DNA of 64,000 nucleotides from Candidatus Velesiimonas alkalicola (GTDB lineage Bacteria; Omnitrophota; Gorgyraeia; Velesiimonadales; Velesiimonadaceae). The position numbers and the translations under genes are program-made. How positions within the stretch are numbered: the first letter of the stretch is position 1; each line of letters opens with the position of its first letter. Below, piece by piece: positions 18,931 through 29,000 of the stretch. The stretch is from positions 100,817 to 164,816 of the forward strand of contig NDHX01000001.1 in the NCBI GenBank assembly GCA_013626165.1, written 5' to 3'. The notes under the pieces were generated by a model. That model saw only the letters and a list, made by a program, of their open reading frames with translations, was not told the DNA's origin and did no database searches.

Positions 18931-19626
18931 ATGAATAAAGTAATTATAGGTGTGTTAATAGTGGTTGTTGGTGGGTTTTTGGTTTTTATAATTAAACAGA
19001 ACAAAGATCTTAAATTGACAAAAGTACAATTAGATACTACAAAAAATGAAATCCAACAGGTAACAGCACAAATGTTAGAACAAAAACAAAGGGCTGAAAT
19101 TGGTATTCTCCAAAAAGAAGAATTACAGAAAACATTTGACAGAGAAAGGCAAAATTTTCAGGCAAAACAAGAATTATTAAATGCGGAGAAACAATCTATG
19201 CAAAATGAAATTACAGGCCTACAGAACAGGTTGGAATCTGCAAAGGCAGATATATTAGAAATGCAGACTCAAAATCAGTTATTACAGGAAAGGGTGAATA
19301 AGTCTGAACAGGAAAAGAATGTTTTGCAACAAGAAAAGGCGGCCCTTACAGGACAGATAATAAATCTTATTTCTGAGAATGTTAAGTTAAAAGAAGAGGT
19401 CTCTGTTCTTACGCAAATAAAACAAGAGCTGGAGAAAAAGCTCAATTCTTTATCTTACTTAAGAGAGGCAATAGTAAGAGTAAAAAGAAGAATGCATGAA
19501 GAAAAGATTCGTTTGTCTAAAATCAGAGATGAGAAAGGCCTCAGAGAAGGAAACAGGGGTTATTTGGTAAGAGATGGGAGACCAACCGGAGAGGTTGTTA
19601 TACAGGTATCACCTGTTTCTCCTTAA
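18931..19626 (+). CDS. Membrane-anchored coiled-coil protein
   Basis: N-terminal TM helix, long Q/E/K/L heptad region; RBS GGAGG. Confidence 0.8.
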   Translation: MNKVIIGVLIVVVGGFLVFIIKQNKDLKLTKVQLDTTKNEIQQVTAQMLEQKQRAEIGILQKEELQKTFDRERQNFQAKQELLNAEKQSMQNEITGLQNRLESAKADILEMQTQNQLLQERVNKSEQEKNVLQQEKAALTGQIINLISENVKLKEEVSVLTQIKQELEKKLNSLSYLREAIVRVKRRMHEEKIRLSKIRDEKGLREGNRGYLVRDGRPTGEVVIQVSPVSP

Positions 19627-19649
19627 GAAATAGTATGTAGAAAAAGAAC

Positions 19650-20048
19650 ATGGAAAAACAGACAATACAATGGCATCTTATGGATGCAAAAGGAAAGGTT
19701 CTCGGAAGGTTGGCGATACAGATTGCAAAAATTTTACAGGGAAAACACAGAGTAGAGTATCAAAGACATCTTGCCGGAAATCATGATGGGGTTGTTGTAA
19801 TAAATGTAGAGTCTATTACAGTTACCGGGAATAAGGATAAACAAAAAGTATATACTAAATATTCGGGATATCCGGGTGGATTGAAAAAGGTTTCATTTAT
19901 GGAGATGAAGAAAAAAGCGCCCTGTGAAATTATTCGTCATGCAGTTAAAGGTATGCTTCCCAAAAATAAGTTGCAGGCAAGAATGCTCAGGCACTTAAAA
20001 ATATTTGAAAAAGAAGCACCGTTGTCAGTTTTAAGTATGTGTAAATAA
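19650..20048 (+). CDS. rplM: 50S ribosomal protein L13
   Basis: DAKGKVLGRLA, YSGYPGGLK, AVKGMLPKNKL. Confidence 0.97.
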   Translation: MEKQTIQWHLMDAKGKVLGRLAIQIAKILQGKHRVEYQRHLAGNHDGVVVINVESITVTGNKDKQKVYTKYSGYPGGLKKVSFMEMKKKAPCEIIRHAVKGMLPKNKLQARMLRHLKIFEKEAPLSVLSMCK

Positions 20049-20064
20049 TTAAAAAGGACTTAAA

Positions 20065-20454
20065 ATGGAAATCTCTGTATTTACAGTAGGAAGAAGAAAA
20101 GAAAGTGTTGCAAGACTTCAACTTCAGGATGGAACCGGGAAAATACTTATAAATGGAAAAACACTTGATAAATATTTTGTAAGGGACACATTAAAAGTAC
20201 TGGTAAAACAGCCGTTAGATGCTACAAAAATGCTGGATAAATTTGATATTGATGTTGATGTTTCAGGTGGCGGAATATCATCGCAGGCAGAAGCTATAAG
20301 ACACGCACTGGCAAGGGCACTGGTAAAAGTAGATGAAACAATAAAACCAATCCTCCGTAAGAGCGGTTTTTTAACAAGAGATCCAAGAATGCGTGAAAGA
20401 AAAAAATATGGACAGGAAGGCGCGCGAAAAAGATTTCAGTGGACAAAACGTTAA
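20065..20454 (+). CDS. rpsI: 30S ribosomal protein S9
   Basis: GRRKESVAR, LTRDPRMRERKKYG, RFQWTKR. Confidence 0.97.
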   Translation: MEISVFTVGRRKESVARLQLQDGTGKILINGKTLDKYFVRDTLKVLVKQPLDATKMLDKFDIDVDVSGGGISSQAEAIRHALARALVKVDETIKPILRKSGFLTRDPRMRERKKYGQEGARKRFQWTKR

Positions 20455-20642
20455 ATATGAATCCAGGGTCTTTTTTTATTACTGCTGTTTTATTCATAAT
20501 ACATACCTTGGTATTGGGTGTTCTTTCAGAAAAATATCTTGCAGGTAGAGTATATCCCGATATGAAAATCCCCGTTCAGGACTTGTTCTTGATGGTGTAG
20601 AACAAAAACAGCTTACCAGATTAAAATTACATTTAGGAGTAT

Positions 20643-20854
20643 ACTGAAATTCCGACATAAGGATGAAAAACTAACTCTTCCCCTTTTCTTAAAAGGGGTG
20701 GCAGACCGAAGGTCTGACGGGGTATTTAACCCCTTTCTTTAAAAGGAATACCTACAAAGCCATGGAGATATTGAATACCCCGTCTGCTACCGCAGACACC
20801 CCTTTACAAAAGGGGAATTAAATACTTGCTTAACCCTTATGTCGGAATTTCGGT
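20643..20854. mobile_element. MITE-like element: 20-bp TIRs enclosing an inverted pair of compound hairpins
   Basis: ACTGAAATTCCGACATAAGG / CCTTATGTCGGAATTTCGGT; inner arms 20678-20726 and 20774-20817. Confidence 0.7.
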
Positions 20855-20991
20855 TAAGAATATATAGAATTATAACATATATTGTTTTGGTGGACCCTGT
20901 TGAACCTGCCTGCCTTAAGAGAGGGAATTTTCTCTAAACGGTATAAAGCAAAAAATTAAGACTAATTTTTGCCGATAAAAGCAGAACAGGT

Positions 20992-21064
20992 GCTGCTGTA
21001 GCTCAGTCGGCAGAGCACGTCCTTGGTAAGGACGGGGTCATGGGTTCAATTCCCATCAGCAGCT
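20992..21064 (+). tRNA. tRNA-Thr(GGT)
   Basis: Acceptor stem GCTGCTG/CAGCAGC, anticodon arm CGTCC-TTGGTAA-GGACG, T loop TTCAATT; CCA not encoded. Confidence 0.95.
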
Positions 21065-21067
21065 TTA

Positions 21068-22392
21068 AAAAAATATAAAAGAAAAAATACTTAAAGGCAA
21101 AAAGTAAAGTGACTGGTGCCTGATGCACTGGCAAACAGGAGGTAAAAAATGGCAAAAGAAAAATTTCTCAGGACAAAACCGCATGTAAATGTAGGGACCA
21201 TAGGACATGTTGACCATGGAAAAACAACACTGACAAGTGCAATAACAAAAGTATTATCTAGCAAGGGATTGGCTCAGGCAAAGACATTTGAAGAAATAGA
21301 TAATGCGCCTGAGGAAAGAGAAAGAGGAGTAACAATAAATGTACACCATGCGGAATATCAAACACAGAACAGGCACTATGCACATGTGGACTGTCCAGGT
21401 CACGCAGACTATATAAAGAATATGGTTACAGGAGCGGCACAGATGGACGGAGCAGTATTAGTGGTAAGTGCAGTAGATGGTCCTATGCCGCAGACAAGAG
21501 AACACATACTTTTGGCAAGACAGGTGGGAGTTCCTGCAATGGTGGTGTTCTTAAACAAAACAGATGCAGTAGAAGATAAAGAATTAGTAGATTTAGTTGA
21601 AATGGAAGTGCGAGATTTATTAAGCAAATATGAGTTTCCTGGGGATAAGATACCGGTGGTAAGAGGAAGTGCATTAAATGCAATGAACTGTGGATGTAGC
21701 AAAGATGATTGTCCAAACTGCAAGTCCATACTGGAATTGATGTCAGCAGTAGATAGCCATATACCTGAGCCTGTAAGAATAACGGACAGGGCATTTTTAA
21801 TGTCCGTAGAAGATGTATTTAGCATAAGCGGCAGAGGAACAGTAGGAACAGGAAGAGTAGAAAGAGGAATAGTCAAAGTAGGAGAAGAAGTAGAAATAGT
21901 AGGGATACAGACAGAGAGCAGAAGGACAGTAGTAACAGGGGTAGAGATGTTCAGGAAGTTGTTAGACGAAGGAAGAGCAGGAGACAACATAGGGGTATTG
22001 TTAAGAGGGATAGAAAAAAAAGACTTAGAAAAAGGGATGGTCATATCGGCACCAAATACAATAACGCCACACACACAATTCAAGGCACAGGTATATGTAT
22101 TAACAAAAGAAGAAGGTGGAAGACACACACAATTTTTCAGCGGCTACAGGCCTCAGTTTTTCTTCAGGACAACAGATGTAACAGGAGTAATAACATTACC
22201 GCAAGGAACAGAAATGATAATGCCTGGCGACAATGTATCTGCAACAGTAGATCTGATAGTACCTGTGGCAATGGAAAAAGAGCAAAGATTTGCAATCCGC
22301 GAAGGAGGAAAGACAATAGGAGCAGGCGTGGTAACAGAGATAATAAAATAACAGGAGATAGTAGGTGGGAGGTAGTAGGTAGGAAAGAAATA
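21068..22392 (+). repeat. About 1.3-kb direct repeat (tuf plus flanks); second copy at 37179-38503
   Basis: Matching sequence at offset 16111; one difference noticed (22242 C vs 38353 T). Confidence 0.9.
21149..22351 (+). CDS. tuf: Elongation factor Tu, copy 1
   Basis: [21 protein letters not shown]. Confidence 0.99.
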   Translation: MAKEKFLRTKPHVNVGTIGHVDHGKTTLTSAITKVLSSKGLAQAKTFEEIDNAPEERERGVTINVHHAEYQTQNRHYAHVDCPGHADYIKNMVTGAAQMDGAVLVVSAVDGPMPQTREHILLARQVGVPAMVVFLNKTDAVEDKELVDLVEMEVRDLLSKYEFPGDKIPVVRGSALNAMNCGCSKDDCPNCKSILELMSAVDSHIPEPVRITDRAFLMSVEDVFSISGRGTVGTGRVERGIVKVGEEVEIVGIQTESRRTVVTGVEMFRKLLDEGRAGDNIGVLLRGIEKKDLEKGMVISAPNTITPHTQFKAQVYVLTKEEGGRHTQFFSGYRPQFFFRTTDVTGVITLPQGTEMIMPGDNVSATVDLIVPVAMEKEQRFAIREGGKTIGAGVVTEIIK

Positions 22393-22401
22393 GGGGAAAG
22401 A

Positions 22402-22551
22402 ATGCAGGAGCAGATTATATTGGCTTGTGAAGTTTGTAAAAACAGAAATTATATATCTACCAAGAATAAAAAAAATATTCCGGATAGATTACAACATAAA
22501 AAATATTGTAGGATTTGTCGTAAACATACTGTTCATAAAGAAACCAAGTAG
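22402..22551 (+). CDS. rpmG: 50S ribosomal protein L33 (Zn-binding type; below ORF-track cutoff)
   Basis: [49 protein letters not shown]. Confidence 0.95.
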   Translation: MQEQIILACEVCKNRNYISTKNKKNIPDRLQHKKYCRICRKHTVHKETK

Positions 22552-22598
22552 GGTAGGACCGTCTTGCCCTGTATTTGCAAGACAGGCGCAGTGTTTAA

Positions 22599-22672
22599 AG
22601 GAGCGTCGGTTAATGGTAAACCACCGGTCTCCAAAACCGGAACTGCAGGTTCGATTCCTGTCGCTCCTGCCA
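22599..22672 (+). tRNA. tRNA-Trp(CCA)
   Basis: AGGAGCG/CGCTCCT stem, CCGGT-CTCCAAA-ACCGG, TTCGATT, encoded CCA. Confidence 0.95.
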
Positions 22673-22765
22673 TTCTGTAAAGTAAAAAACAAAGGGCAAT
22701 GAGAGTAAGTGACAATAGATTTTTTTATTTGTCACTTATTTATAATGTGTGGCAAGAGGATTGTA

Positions 22766-22948
22766 ATGAAAAAAATAGTCAATTTTATAGCAGAGGTAAA
22801 GGGCGAATTAAAAAAGGTTGGATGGTCAAATAAAAAAGAGTTGACATATTCAACAGGTGTTGTTACAATAATCTCTTTCTTTCTTGCTTTGATCATTGCA
22901 ATTGCAGATTGGTTTTTATCACATATAATAAGAATTATTATTCGTTGA
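22766..22948 (+). CDS. secE: Preprotein translocase SecE
   Basis: EVKGELKKVGWSNKKEL plus TM helix; position before nusG. Confidence 0.92.
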   Translation: MKKIVNFIAEVKGELKKVGWSNKKELTYSTGVVTIISFFLALIIAIADWFLSHIIRIIIR

Positions 22949-22957
22949 GGTAATTAA

Positions 22958-23530
22958 ATGACACAAAAATGGTATATAGTTCATACTCAGGCTAATACAG
23001 AAGAAAAGATTGAGAGGGAAATTAAAAGAGGCATAGAAGATGGAACCTTATCCGATTGTGTTTTTGATGTTATAGTTCCAAAAGAAAAGGTTCAAGAGGT
23101 AAAATCAGGAAAGAAGATAATAAAAGATCAAAAAATCTTTTTAGGTTATGTGCTTATTAAGATGGTTGACCTGTCTTTGCTTAAAAGTGAAGATGCGAGT
23201 TTGCGGAATATTGCACAAAGAGCGTTTCTGGCTGTAAGAAAGACATCAGGGGTCTCAAGTTTTATAAGTTCAGGTAAGAAGCCGGTTGCGATATCAGAAG
23301 AAGAGGTTGAAAAAATATTAAAAAAGACAGCAGAAACCAAAGAAAAGCCTACAATTAAACAGACCTTTTCGCAGGGTGAATCGGCAAGAATTAAGGAAGG
23401 TCCTTTTGAAAATTTTATGGGTACAATTGAGGAAGTCTATCCTGGTAAGGGAAGGTTGAAGGTTATGGTTGTAATATTTGGAAGGACAACCCCAGTTGAA
23501 CTGGAATATGGACAAGTGGAGAAAATATAA
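22958..23530 (+). CDS. nusG: Transcription factor NusG
   Basis: [35 protein letters not shown]. Confidence 0.95.
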   Translation: MTQKWYIVHTQANTEEKIEREIKRGIEDGTLSDCVFDVIVPKEKVQEVKSGKKIIKDQKIFLGYVLIKMVDLSLLKSEDASLRNIAQRAFLAVRKTSGVSSFISSGKKPVAISEEEVEKILKKTAETKEKPTIKQTFSQGESARIKEGPFENFMGTIEEVYPGKGRLKVMVVIFGRTTPVELEYGQVEKI

Positions 23531-23958
23531 TGGCAAAGAAAAAAATTACAGCACAGATCAAACTGCAGATACCAGCAGATGGAGCAAATCCAGCCCCACC
23601 TGTTGGTCCTGCACTTGGGCAGCATGGTGTAAATATTATGGAGTTTTGTAAAAGTTTTAATGCTGCCACAAAGGATAAGGGAGGAATGATTATTCCTGTT
23701 GTAATCTCAGTTTACGAAGATAAAAGTTTTACATTTATAATGAAAAGTCCCCCTTGTAGCGCTCTTTTAAAACAAGCCTGTGGACTTGCAAAGGGGTCCG
23801 GTCAACCCAACAAACAAAAGGTTGGCAAGATTACAAAATCACAGGTTAGAGAAATTGTAAAAATAAAAGCCAAAGATTTAAACGTATCTGATGAAGAGCA
23901 AACAATCCGTATTGTCGAAGGAACTGCAAGAAGTATGGGGATTGAGGTATCTGATTAA
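23530..23958 (+). CDS. rplK: 50S ribosomal protein L11
   Basis: [26 protein letters not shown]. Confidence 0.97.
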   Translation: MAKKKITAQIKLQIPADGANPAPPVGPALGQHGVNIMEFCKSFNAATKDKGGMIIPVVISVYEDKSFTFIMKSPPCSALLKQACGLAKGSGQPNKQKVGKITKSQVREIVKIKAKDLNVSDEEQTIRIVEGTARSMGIEVSD

Positions 23959-23962
23959 AGAA

Positions 23963-24157
23963 GGTGACTGGCATAAGAGGCAGGAGGTAGTAGGTAGTAG
24001 ATAGTAGGTAGGAGGTAGTAGGTAGTAGATAGTAGGTAGTAGGTAGGAGGTAGGATAAAAAATGGGGACTGGCGACTGGAACCCCGGGCACCAGGGTATC
24101 CTTCAGAACGGGGTTTGTATCTTCGGATACTTTCCGGGTGTGGCACTTCGGAGAACG
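23963..24157 (+). repeat. Composite intergenic repeat type I
   Basis: GGTGACTGGCATAAGAGGCAGG-(GTAGTAG-type)n-AAAAAATGGGGACTGGCGACTGGAACCCCGGGCACCAGGG...; near copy at 46667-46950. Confidence 0.9.
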
Positions 24158-24188
24158 ACTAACAGTGAATGTTAACATAAAAACAGTG

Positions 24189-24887
24189 ATGAAAAAACAT
24201 AGTAAAAGATACGAAAAGATACTTTCTCAACTTCCGAAAGAAGAAAAAATTTGGAAGATAGCAGATGCGGTAAAGGTTTTAAAGGAATTACCACCTGTAA
24301 AATTTAATGAGACAGTGGCTCTTTCATTTAAGACGGACATAAATCCAAAACAGTCTGACCAGAATATAAGAGGAACGGTTGTTCTACCTAATGGCTTGGG
24401 CAGGAAGGTCAGGGTTGCGGTGTTTTGTAAGGGAGAGCATGAGAAGGCAGCAAAAGATGCAGGGGCAGATGTTGTAGGTGCAACAGACCTTGTAGAAAAG
24501 GTTGCTGGCGGATTTCTTGACTTTGATGTTGCAATTGCCACACCTGAAATGATGCGCGAAATGGGAAGGCTCGGTAAAGTGCTTGGTCCAAAAGGATTGA
24601 TGCCAAACCCAAAGGTAGGAACTGTTACAACAGATGTTGGAAAAGTGGTAAAAGAAGCAAAGGCCGGACGCGTTGAGTATCGTATGGATAAACAGGGCAA
24701 TATCCATGTGGCAGTGGGTAAGATTTCGTTTGAACCGAGTGCAATAGTTGAAAATGCTTCAACTGTTATAGAGTCGGTTTTTAAGGCAAGACCTGCTGCA
24801 TTAAAAGGACAATATATTAAAAGTATTCATATAGCAAAAACAATGGGCCCTGGTTTAAGGTTAGACATAAGTCAGTTCAAATTGTAA
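24189..24887 (+). CDS. rplA: 50S ribosomal protein L1
   Basis: IRGTVVLPNGLG, LGKVLGPKGLMPNPKVGTVT. Confidence 0.97.
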   Translation: MKKHSKRYEKILSQLPKEEKIWKIADAVKVLKELPPVKFNETVALSFKTDINPKQSDQNIRGTVVLPNGLGRKVRVAVFCKGEHEKAAKDAGADVVGATDLVEKVAGGFLDFDVAIATPEMMREMGRLGKVLGPKGLMPNPKVGTVTTDVGKVVKEAKAGRVEYRMDKQGNIHVAVGKISFEPSAIVENASTVIESVFKARPAALKGQYIKSIHIAKTMGPGLRLDISQFKL

Positions 24888-24941
24888 GAGTCTGTGAGCA
24901 CAACCCCAATAGAACAGGTTCACTGGTGACAGGTAAAAGCC

Positions 24942-25022
24942 GTATATCGTATTCTGTATATCGTGAAAGAAACAGAGCACAGAATACGGACGACGGGTGA
25001 TGGAATACGGTATACGAAATAC
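24942..25022. repeat. Inverted heptamer arrays (TCGTATT / AATACGG type); relative at 52197-52270
   Basis: CGTATATCGTATTCTGTATATCGT ... GAATACGGTATACGAAATAC. Confidence 0.6.
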
Positions 25023-25038
25023 AAGTATGAGAAGTGGT

Positions 25039-25563
25039 ATGATAAGGTTTGATAAATCTTCTATGTTAGATGAGGTAAAGAGTTCTATTAAGGATGGGCA
25101 GGCTATATTTATTTTTAGGTATAAAGGGCTTCGCACATCAGAGCTTGAAGAATTAAGAAAAACTGTAAGGTTAAGTGGGAAAGTATTTGTATGCAAAAAT
25201 TCTATCCTTAAGGTTGCATTGAAAGATATAAGCCTTGAAAAAGCCGTTCAATTTGTAGAAGGTCCATCAGCAATTGCAGTTTCAACAACAGACCCTTGTG
25301 TTTTATCAAAAGATATTATTAAGTTTGCTTCAAATCATCCTGCGTGTGTTGTTTTGGGTGGAGTGCTTGGGAAGGAAGTACTTACGGCATCTGTTGTCAA
25401 GCAATTGGCAGGCCTGCCATCAAGACAAGAGATTCTTGGACAAGTGGCATGGACAGCGCAGTCTGCTGTTTATCACTTTATCTGGACTTTAAATGGAATA
25501 ATTTGTAAGTTTCTTTATGTAGTAGAACAAATTAAAAACATACCAGACCGTAAGGCAGAATAA
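25039..25563 (+). CDS. rplJ: 50S ribosomal protein L10
   Basis: [27 protein letters not shown]; position. Confidence 0.93.
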   Translation: MIRFDKSSMLDEVKSSIKDGQAIFIFRYKGLRTSELEELRKTVRLSGKVFVCKNSILKVALKDISLEKAVQFVEGPSAIAVSTTDPCVLSKDIIKFASNHPACVVLGGVLGKEVLTASVVKQLAGLPSRQEILGQVAWTAQSAVYHFIWTLNGIICKFLYVVEQIKNIPDRKAE

Positions 25564-25580
25564 TAAAAGAAGGAGATGAT

Positions 25581-25991
25581 ATGTCAGAAATAAAGGTAGA
25601 AACACAGTCTGCATCTACAAAGGTAAATGAAATAGTAGAGGCAGTAGGTCAATTAAGTGTCCTTGAACTTTCATCGCTTGTGAAGGCTATGGAAGAAAAA
25701 TTTGGTGTCAGTGCCACTATGCCGGCTATAACATCTGCGGCAGGGCCATCTGCTGAGGCAAGGCCTTCTGCTGAGGAAAAAACAGCATTTGATGTTGTTC
25801 TTACGGATGCGGGCTCTCAAAAGATAGCGGTTATAAAAGAGGTAAGGGCTATCACAAGTCTTGGTTTGAAGGAGGCAAAAGACCTTGTTGAGGGAGCGCC
25901 TAAACCGGTAAAAACAGGCGTTTCAAAAGAAGAAGCAGAGAAGATAAAGAAACAGATTGAGGCAACAGGTGCAAAGGTAGAATTAAAATAA
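25581..25991 (+). CDS. rplL: 50S ribosomal protein L7/L12
   Basis: [29 protein letters not shown]. Confidence 0.97.
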   Translation: MSEIKVETQSASTKVNEIVEAVGQLSVLELSSLVKAMEEKFGVSATMPAITSAAGPSAEARPSAEEKTAFDVVLTDAGSQKIAVIKEVRAITSLGLKEAKDLVEGAPKPVKTGVSKEEAEKIKKQIEATGAKVELK

Positions 25992-26010
25992 AAGATTGAA
26001 AGGATATAAA

Positions 26011-29000
26011 ATGCAGGAATTAAAAAGTTTTGCAAAAATACCAGAGATTATGGATTTGCCTCACTTCTTAGATATACAGACCCAGCCTTATGAGGAATTT
26101 CTTCAAGGCTTTGTTCCCAAAAACAAGAGAAAGTCAGTGGGACTGCAAGAGGTTTTTGAAGAGTTTTTTCCTATGGAACTTCCGGACAAGGGGGTCAGGC
26201 TTGAGTTTTTAAGATATTCTCTTGAAAAACCGAGCCATACAATAGAGCAATGTTTGGCCGGAGGTTTTACATATGCAAGTCCTTTGAGGGCCCGTCTGAG
26301 GTTAAGAACAGGCAAAAGAGAAGTTGTAGAAGAGGATGTATATATATGCGACATTCCCTTGATGATGCCTACGGGTTCATTTATTATAAATGGTGATGAG
26401 AGAGTGGTGGTAAGCCAGCTTCACCGTTCTTCAGGTGTTTGTTTTGAAGAGTCGCCCCATCCGTCAGGGAAGATGTTGTATATTGCCCGTATTATACCGG
26501 ACAAAGGTTCCTGGATGGAGTTTGAGTTTGATATAAACGATTTGATGTATGTTCACCTTGATAGAAGAAAAAAATTTTATGTAACAACCCTGTTAAGAGC
26601 ACTTGGTTTTGAAACAGATGCCGATATTCTTAAAGAATTTTATCCGATTGAAGTGTTACACCTGAAAGACACAGTTATATCAAGTCTTGTCGGAAGAGTG
26701 TGTGCGAAAGATATTATTCATAAAAAAACGCAAGAAAAGATTGTTTCAACAGGTGAGTCTATCACAGTTGAGATGGTTTCACAATTAGAAGATGCAGGTC
26801 CTGTGTTTTCAGTATTTGACCTTTCATCTAAAAGACAGCTCTATAGCACTTTGGCAAGTGATCATCTTCATACCAAAGAAGATGCTCTTGTTGAGATATA
26901 CCATAAGATGCGTCCTATGGAGCCATCCACAGTTGATGGAGCAAGTGATATGTTAAAAAATAATTTTTTCAACAAGAAAAGATACCATCTTGGGAAGGTT
27001 GGCAGATTTATACTGAACAGAAAACTTAATATGAATGTTCCTTTTGATAATACAGCGCTTGATAAGGAAACAATAATCAATGTTATTAAATATCTTTTAA
27101 GTCTCAGAAACGGAGAGGGAAAAGTTGATGACATTGATCATCTCGGCAACAGAAGAGTAAAAACTGTTTGTGAGCTTGTTCAAAATCAGTTCAGGATTGG
27201 TTGCGCCAGACTTGAAAGAAATGTAAAAGATCGTATGGCGGCATATAGTAATGAAATGCTTCTTCCACACAATCTTGTTAATTCAAAAATAGTGTCTTCG
27301 GTAATAAAAGACTTTTTTGCAAGGAGTCAATTATGTCAGTTTATGGATCAGATAAATCTGCTCGCAGAACTAACACATAAAAGACGGTTAAGCGCGCTTG
27401 GCCCTGGTGGGCTTTCCAGAGAAAGGGCTGGTTTTCAGGTGCGTGATGTTCACCATTCGCACTATGGAAGGATATGTCCTATTGAAACACCGGAGGGTTC
27501 TAATGTCGGACTTATAGCATCGTTGGCAACATATGCGAGGATAAATGAGTTTGGTTTTATTCAGACCCCTTACAGGAAGGTGGTAGATGGGAAAGTAACC
27601 GGAAAGATAGAATATCTTTCAGCAGATATAGAGGACCAATATGTAATAGCTCAGGCAAACTCAAAAATAGATGAAGGCGGAAAATTTCTTGACGAAAGGG
27701 TTCTTTGTAGGGACAAGGGAAATTTTTCGCTTGTAGATCCAGAAGATATATCCTATATGGATGTTTCTCCGAAACAGATTGTAAGCGTTGCGGCAAGTCT
27801 TACTCCGTTTTTTGAACACAATGATGCGAACAGAGCGCTGATGGGTTCCAATATGCAAAGGCAGGCTGTTCCTCTTTTGCTTCCCGAAAGAGCGCTTCTT
27901 TCAACAGGTATTGAAGGCAGGATTGCAAAAGATGGTGGTGCTGTTGTAATTGCAAAAAAATCAGGTAAAGCAACAAGGGTTGAATCCGACAGGATAGTTA
28001 TTGACAATGAACAGTACACTTTAAAAAAGTTTATCCGTTCAAATTCTTCTACCTGTATTAATCAAAGACCTCTGGTTAAGGTAGGTGATAATGTCAAGGC
28101 AGGGGATATTATTGCAGATGGACCTGCTACAGACAATGGCGAACTTGCACTTGGCAGGAATATACTTGTTGCATTTATGCCCTGGTACGGTTATAACTTT
28201 GAGGATGCAATCGTAATAAGCAGAAAACTTGTCTCTGATGATTTATTGACCTCTATTCATATTGAAGAGTTTGAGGTTGAGGCGAGAGAAACCAGACTTG
28301 GTAACGAAGAAATAACAAGAGATATTCCAAATGTAGCAGAGGAAGCATTAAAAAATCTTGATGAAGAGGGAATTGTCCACATAGGTGCCGAGGTATCGGC
28401 TGGCGATGTTATTGTTGGAAAAATTACACCAAAAGGTGAAACAGAACTAACACCTGAAGAAAAACTGTTAAGGGCGATATTTGGGGAAAAGGCAAAAGAT
28501 GTAAAAGACTCATCACTTATTGTTCCACCCGGTGTTGAGGGGACAGTCGTAGATATAAAGGTGTTCTCAAGAAAGGATATATTAAAAGGTAAAAAGAAAA
28601 AGACATTAAAGATTGAGGAGATGCAGGCAATAGAATCTATCAGAAAGCACTATGAGACACAGATACAGCATCTTGTACTTGAAAAAAATAAAAAAGTTGC
28701 CTCCGTACTTTTGGGTAAAAAATTAACACAGAGCATAATAGATGAAGAAACAGGACAGATACTTATATCGTCGGGTAATTCCATTACAAAATCAGATTTG
28801 AAAAAAATTGAGACCGAATCCTGCGATGCATCAGATATACATATAAATAATGAAAAGGATTCTGCGGAACTTTATAAAATGGTGAAAATATTTGATGACC
28901 AGATATTAAGTTTAAGTTCGGAACAAAAAAGACAGACAGATAGAATAAAAAGGGGTGATGAACTCCCGACGGGTGTATTAAAAAGGGTTATCATATATAT

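Noticed and set aside
20457-20640. Short hydrophobic ORF after rpsI
   Set aside because: About 47 codons, no RBS or recognisable motif; cannot be supported.
21409-22128. Long antisense ORFs over tuf and other core genes
   Set aside because: Shadow ORFs produced by sense-strand codon bias.
22427-22715. ORFs of 60-91 aa in the track
   Set aside because: They overlap the real rpmG and tRNA-Trp.
24888-25038. L10 leader RNA
   Set aside because: I could not find the consensus; the space is filled by heptamer repeats.
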